IMG/VR virus record: IMGVR_UViG_3300012352_000154
Span: 1 to 28,764 of that record
DNA: 28,764 nucleotides
Direction: 5' to 3' (one strand)
From: a virus
Taxonomy: Duplodnaviria; Caudoviricetes
The notes beneath the pieces were generated by a model that searched no databases, was not told the origin of the DNA, and saw nothing but the letters and a program-made list of their open reading frames with translations. This document shows, piece after piece, positions 25,338-28,764 of the stretch. Numbering within the stretch: position 1 is the stretch's first letter; every line of letters begins with the position of its first letter. The position numbers were made by a program, and so were the translations under genes.

Positions 25338-27578
25338 ATGGCTCTTATTACCACACGTGTCACTAATGCATCCGTTGCGGGTGTAGGCACTATAACATGT
25401 TTAACGTCAAGCCCAACAATCACTGGGGTTGGTACTTCATTCTTAACTGCAGTAATTATTGGTCAACAGATTACCAATAGCGGAGGAACCTTAATTGGTA
25501 CTGTTCTTACTGTAGATTCTAATACGCAGATTACACTAGTTTCCAATGCAGCCGTGGCAGTTACTGCTGATGCATTTAACGTTGTTTCTACTGGTATTAC
25601 CACAAAAGGTTCTCCTTTAAGTAATTCTGAAATTGATGCTAACTTCATTAATTTGAACAACGCAGTTACTGCTGGTGCAAACTCTTCAGTAAATAACGTA
25701 GCAAATACTCTAGTTAAGCGTGGTCCAAGTGGAGAATTTTCCGCAGGTGTAGCGACCCTTACTGGTGCCAACGTTGGTGGAACAACTGTTCCTACCGCAA
25801 ATGCTTCTCAAGCACAAATGGAAACTGGTACAGATACTACTACCAGATATATGAGCCCAAATAACATCAAACAAGCTATTGATGTTCTTGCTATGCAAAC
25901 TGTTGGTTCAGTAACAAAAGATATGACTGGATTCGAGTCAATTTCTGGATCATCAATATCTTATGTTGACGCAACTAGAGTTTTCACTTTAGCACCTTCT
26001 GGTACTACTGCAACTTCTAAGACTTTTAATGTAACTGCTTCTGGTGGTAAGTTTTATATTGATGGAGTTATGCAAGCAACTCTAGAACTTATAGAGGGTG
26101 GTACATATACTTTTGATCAATCAGATGCATCTAATACTGGTCACCCATTAAGATTTTCTATTACACCTAATGGAACTCATGGTGGTGGTGTTGAATACAC
26201 AACCAACGTGACAACTAGCGGAACACCAGGACAAGCTGGTGCTTATACCAGAATTGTTGTTGCCGCAAGTGCACCTACATTATACTACTACTGTGTAAAC
26301 CACTCAGGTATGGGTGGAACTGCAACAACAGTTCAAGGTTACTTTGTTTGGTATAGAGGTAAGAGAACTTTCATGACTACCGCTCTTACTACAACTTTAG
26401 CTGCAACTCCTGGTAATCACTATATTGGTATTAACCCAACAACTATGACATTAGAAGTATTCAATACTGCTTCTGATACTCTTTTCTCTGATACAATTTT
26501 AGTTGCCAATATTTACCTAGATACACTTACATCTAAAGCACTCATCGTTGGTGATGAAAGACACTCATCTTCTAGAGATACTTCTTGGCATATCTCTCAA
26601 CATAATAATATGGGTGCTATTTGGAGATCGGGTGGCGCACTAACATTTACAGCAAATAATGATTCTGCGGTTGGTCTGTCTTTCACTACTCCAATTTTCT
26701 TAGCTGATGAAGACTTGGTTCACACAATTAACCATGCTTCTTCTCCAAACGGTTATTTTCAACAGGTACTAAACGGCACTGCTAATATTCAAACATTGTA
26801 TTTAAATGGTACAACTTACTCTTTGAATAAAGAATCCACAGTACCTTGGGTTGCTGGAACTGCAACAGCAGCCATTAACACAGTTACATCTGGTAATGGT
26901 TCTTTAGCAGATGCTGGTGAAGGTAAGTTCTTAAACTATTGGATTGTTGCAACTAACGATAAGAACAGCCCTGTTAAAGCTATTATGGGTCGTGTTTCTT
27001 ATAACTCAGTGACTGAGTCGATGAACGAGCAATTCCAAGATTATGGATTACCATTCTTAGAATTTGCACCAATGTATAAAGTTACTTTACAAACTAGTGG
27101 CTCTTATACTGGTAACGTTGCTAAAGTTAGAATTGTAAGTGTAAGAACCGTTTCAATGAGACAGTCTGCGGTTAATCAAACATTTAAAGAACCTGCTCAT
27201 AGCGAATTATCTAATTTAGGTTCTGACGATCACAGCCAATATGTTCATATTAGCAATGCTAGAACTATTTCTGCTAATCACACATTCAGTGGTAACAATA
27301 CGTTCCAAGGAACACAAGGTTTTAATAACATAACAGTTGCTGGCGTAGGTTCTCATATGGTACCAACTGCAGCTTCTACATATGACCTCGGATCTACTAC
27401 GATGGCATGGCGTCACGTTTACACTTCTGACTTGCACTTATCTAACGAGAAACATGAATCTGGAAACGTTGTTGACGGAACTCGTGGTAACTGGACAGTA
27501 CAAGAGGGCGCAGATGAATTGTATATCATTAATAACAAAAACGGTAAGAGATATAAGTTCTCTTTAGAGGAAGTCTAA
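25338..27578 (+). CDS. Mosaic tail fibre protein (746 aa) containing a cupredoxin-like module
   Basis: KGSPLSNSEIDANF anchor, ASQAQMETGTD...MSP fibre motif, HPLRF...YYYCVNHSGMGG module and HSELSNLGSDDHSQY motif. C-terminal YDLGS...WRHVYTSDLHLSNE...VDGTRGNWTVQEG domain is typical of aquatic T4-like fibres. It sits behind a late promoter. Confidence 0.8.
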   Translation: MALITTRVTNASVAGVGTITCLTSSPTITGVGTSFLTAVIIGQQITNSGGTLIGTVLTVDSNTQITLVSNAAVAVTADAFNVVSTGITTKGSPLSNSEIDANFINLNNAVTAGANSSVNNVANTLVKRGPSGEFSAGVATLTGANVGGTTVPTANASQAQMETGTDTTTRYMSPNNIKQAIDVLAMQTVGSVTKDMTGFESISGSSISYVDATRVFTLAPSGTTATSKTFNVTASGGKFYIDGVMQATLELIEGGTYTFDQSDASNTGHPLRFSITPNGTHGGGVEYTTNVTTSGTPGQAGAYTRIVVAASAPTLYYYCVNHSGMGGTATTVQGYFVWYRGKRTFMTTALTTTLAATPGNHYIGINPTTMTLEVFNTASDTLFSDTILVANIYLDTLTSKALIVGDERHSSSRDTSWHISQHNNMGAIWRSGGALTFTANNDSAVGLSFTTPIFLADEDLVHTINHASSPNGYFQQVLNGTANIQTLYLNGTTYSLNKESTVPWVAGTATAAINTVTSGNGSLADAGEGKFLNYWIVATNDKNSPVKAIMGRVSYNSVTESMNEQFQDYGLPFLEFAPMYKVTLQTSGSYTGNVAKVRIVSVRTVSMRQSAVNQTFKEPAHSELSNLGSDDHSQYVHISNARTISANHTFSGNNTFQGTQGFNNITVAGVGSHMVPTAASTYDLGSTTMAWRHVYTSDLHLSNEKHESGNVVDGTRGNWTVQEGADELYIINNKNGKRYKFSLEEV

Positions 27579-28723
27579 TGGCATACTATGTAAATAACGT
27601 TCTAGTCAAAGAAGTCCCGTCTACACCAGACGCATCTCGTGGTGCGTTTTTAGTTTCAATTGGTTCAGGTGGTTATAACTGGGCATATATGGGAACTTCA
27701 ACTGCTGGTATTGCAATTGACAATAGCCAGTGGAGATATCGTTCAATCTATACGCACGGTTATGTAGCTTGCGGTTACAAGGGTTCAAATCCATGGCGTT
27801 CTGTAAATAAAACTTGGCACCCAACAGATACTACTTTATATTGCGGTGAACAAATTATGAATACCATGGCATACACAAATGGTTTCTATTCAGATTATAA
27901 CGGTTACATTATTGCCAACGGTGGTATGTCTGGTTCTGGTTCAGTGGTTGCTTCTTATGGCTTACATAACGGAACTTGTCGTATGTACTCTGGTGATGGA
28001 TATTCATCTTCTGGCGTGACGTATGGATATCAAGGTAATGACCCAAAGAACGAAGGTATCTCTTATGGTACTGCTGGATATGGTTCTCACGTTGGTGGTA
28101 TGAGAATGCAAACAAACCGTGTTGACCCTCCAGCTACCCAAGACATTAAAGGTCAATCTGGTTGGTTTAATGGCGGTGGTTCTTCTGACACTTCTCGTTT
28201 ACACTTCCCAACTGAGGTTATGTATGCTGGTTGGGATTCTGGTTCTGATGGCATCGGTGATGCAGCTGGCGGGGAATTTAGAGGTTACTTTGCATGGGCT
28301 GGAACATATCGTTACGTTACATGGTCTAACTCAACATGGTCTGGTACAGGAGCATGGGGTAACTGGGGTAGAGACGGACATTGTAAAAACCAGTCAACTA
28401 AATGGGGTCATCATTACATCGGTACTGGTAATAACGTTACAATAGGTAAGTCTAAATTTAGAGATTCAGATGGTGCAACATTATCTAATTTTGATAAAAT
28501 TAGAGCGTATGGTGAAGACAACGTTGAGGAAGGTCAAGACTGGGGATATATCATGGGTCACTATGATAATCAACAGAATAATCATACAATTAAACAATCG
28601 CATTCAACTGACACTGAGGTAACAATGGGTGCAGCGTGTATGCCTAAGGGACATTATGGTTTATCTTCTGGTGCATGCTCAACAGGAGCTGCAACTGTAA
28701 CTGCCACTGGCGTAGGAATGTAA
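27578..28723 (+). CDS. Gly/Tyr/Trp-rich virion protein, probably beta-rich (possible fibre-associated adhesin), 381 aa
   Basis: TAATG coupling to the fibre gene. Repeated GY..GG/GW..GG kelch-like units (GYVACGY, GYIIANGG, GWFNGGG, GYFAW, GYIMGHY). Confidence 0.6.
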   Translation: MAYYVNNVLVKEVPSTPDASRGAFLVSIGSGGYNWAYMGTSTAGIAIDNSQWRYRSIYTHGYVACGYKGSNPWRSVNKTWHPTDTTLYCGEQIMNTMAYTNGFYSDYNGYIIANGGMSGSGSVVASYGLHNGTCRMYSGDGYSSSGVTYGYQGNDPKNEGISYGTAGYGSHVGGMRMQTNRVDPPATQDIKGQSGWFNGGGSSDTSRLHFPTEVMYAGWDSGSDGIGDAAGGEFRGYFAWAGTYRYVTWSNSTWSGTGAWGNWGRDGHCKNQSTKWGHHYIGTGNNVTIGKSKFRDSDGATLSNFDKIRAYGEDNVEEGQDWGYIMGHYDNQQNNHTIKQSHSTDTEVTMGAACMPKGHYGLSSGACSTGAATVTATGVGM

Positions 28724-28724
28724 A

Positions 28725-28764
28725 ATGTCATTTTATAAAGCAAATGCTTTATTACGATCTATAC
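28725..28764 (+). CDS. Start of the next gene (MSFYKANALLRSI..., truncated by the window edge)
   Basis: ATG one base after the previous stop, with upstream AGGA, and the frame stays open to the window end. Confidence 0.4.
   Translation, partial: MSFYKANALLRSI

Noticed and set aside
1308-27437. Short minus-strand ORFs (e.g. 1308..1523, 11174..11401, 16995..17192, 22407..22637, 25463..25771, 27216..27437)
   Set aside because: All lie antisense within long, motif-bearing plus-strand genes, have no recognisable motifs, and are best explained as shadows of biased codon usage.
3388-28445. Short alternative-frame plus-strand ORFs (e.g. 3388..3591, 4455..4736, 5319..5501, 8773..8967, 28119..28445)
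   Set aside because: These Leu/Val-rich products are expected from off-frame reading of NNT-rich codons, and they are nested in real genes.
1-28764. Stop-codon reassignment, introns/inteins, tRNA genes
   Set aside because: Genes tile the window under the standard code with TAA, TGA and TAG all used as stops. No gap is large enough for an RNA gene, and I noticed no intein or homing-endonuclease motifs.

Overview
This is a 28.8-kb, AT-rich, entirely plus-strand segment of the late (virion morphogenesis) region of a large T4-like myovirus, with gene architecture resembling cyanophage or other aquatic T4-like phages. The host cannot be assigned from this window. The left part (1-15897) holds the 3' end of baseplate wedge gp6, a gp7-like gene, a small virion protein, a repeat-expanded gp8-like gene, a 2438-aa VrlC/DUF4815-type virion protein, a small coiled-coil protein and a tail-fibre protein. 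The right part (25338-28764) holds a second tail fibre behind a canonical T4 late promoter and a Gly/aromatic-rich virion protein. Between the two fibre genes lies a tightly overlapping ~9.4-kb, 12-gene cassette (15894-25283). It encodes five radical SAM proteins with C-terminal SPASM/twitch-like Cys clusters, two Fe(II)/2-oxoglutarate-type oxygenases and four unknown proteins. It also encodes a 192-aa virion-like protein whose only Cys and His residues form a C-terminal (C-H-x-S)x3-RGRR tail. The best interpretation, which is an inference, is a phage-encoded RiPP-like system that cross-links or oxidises the tail of a virion protein.
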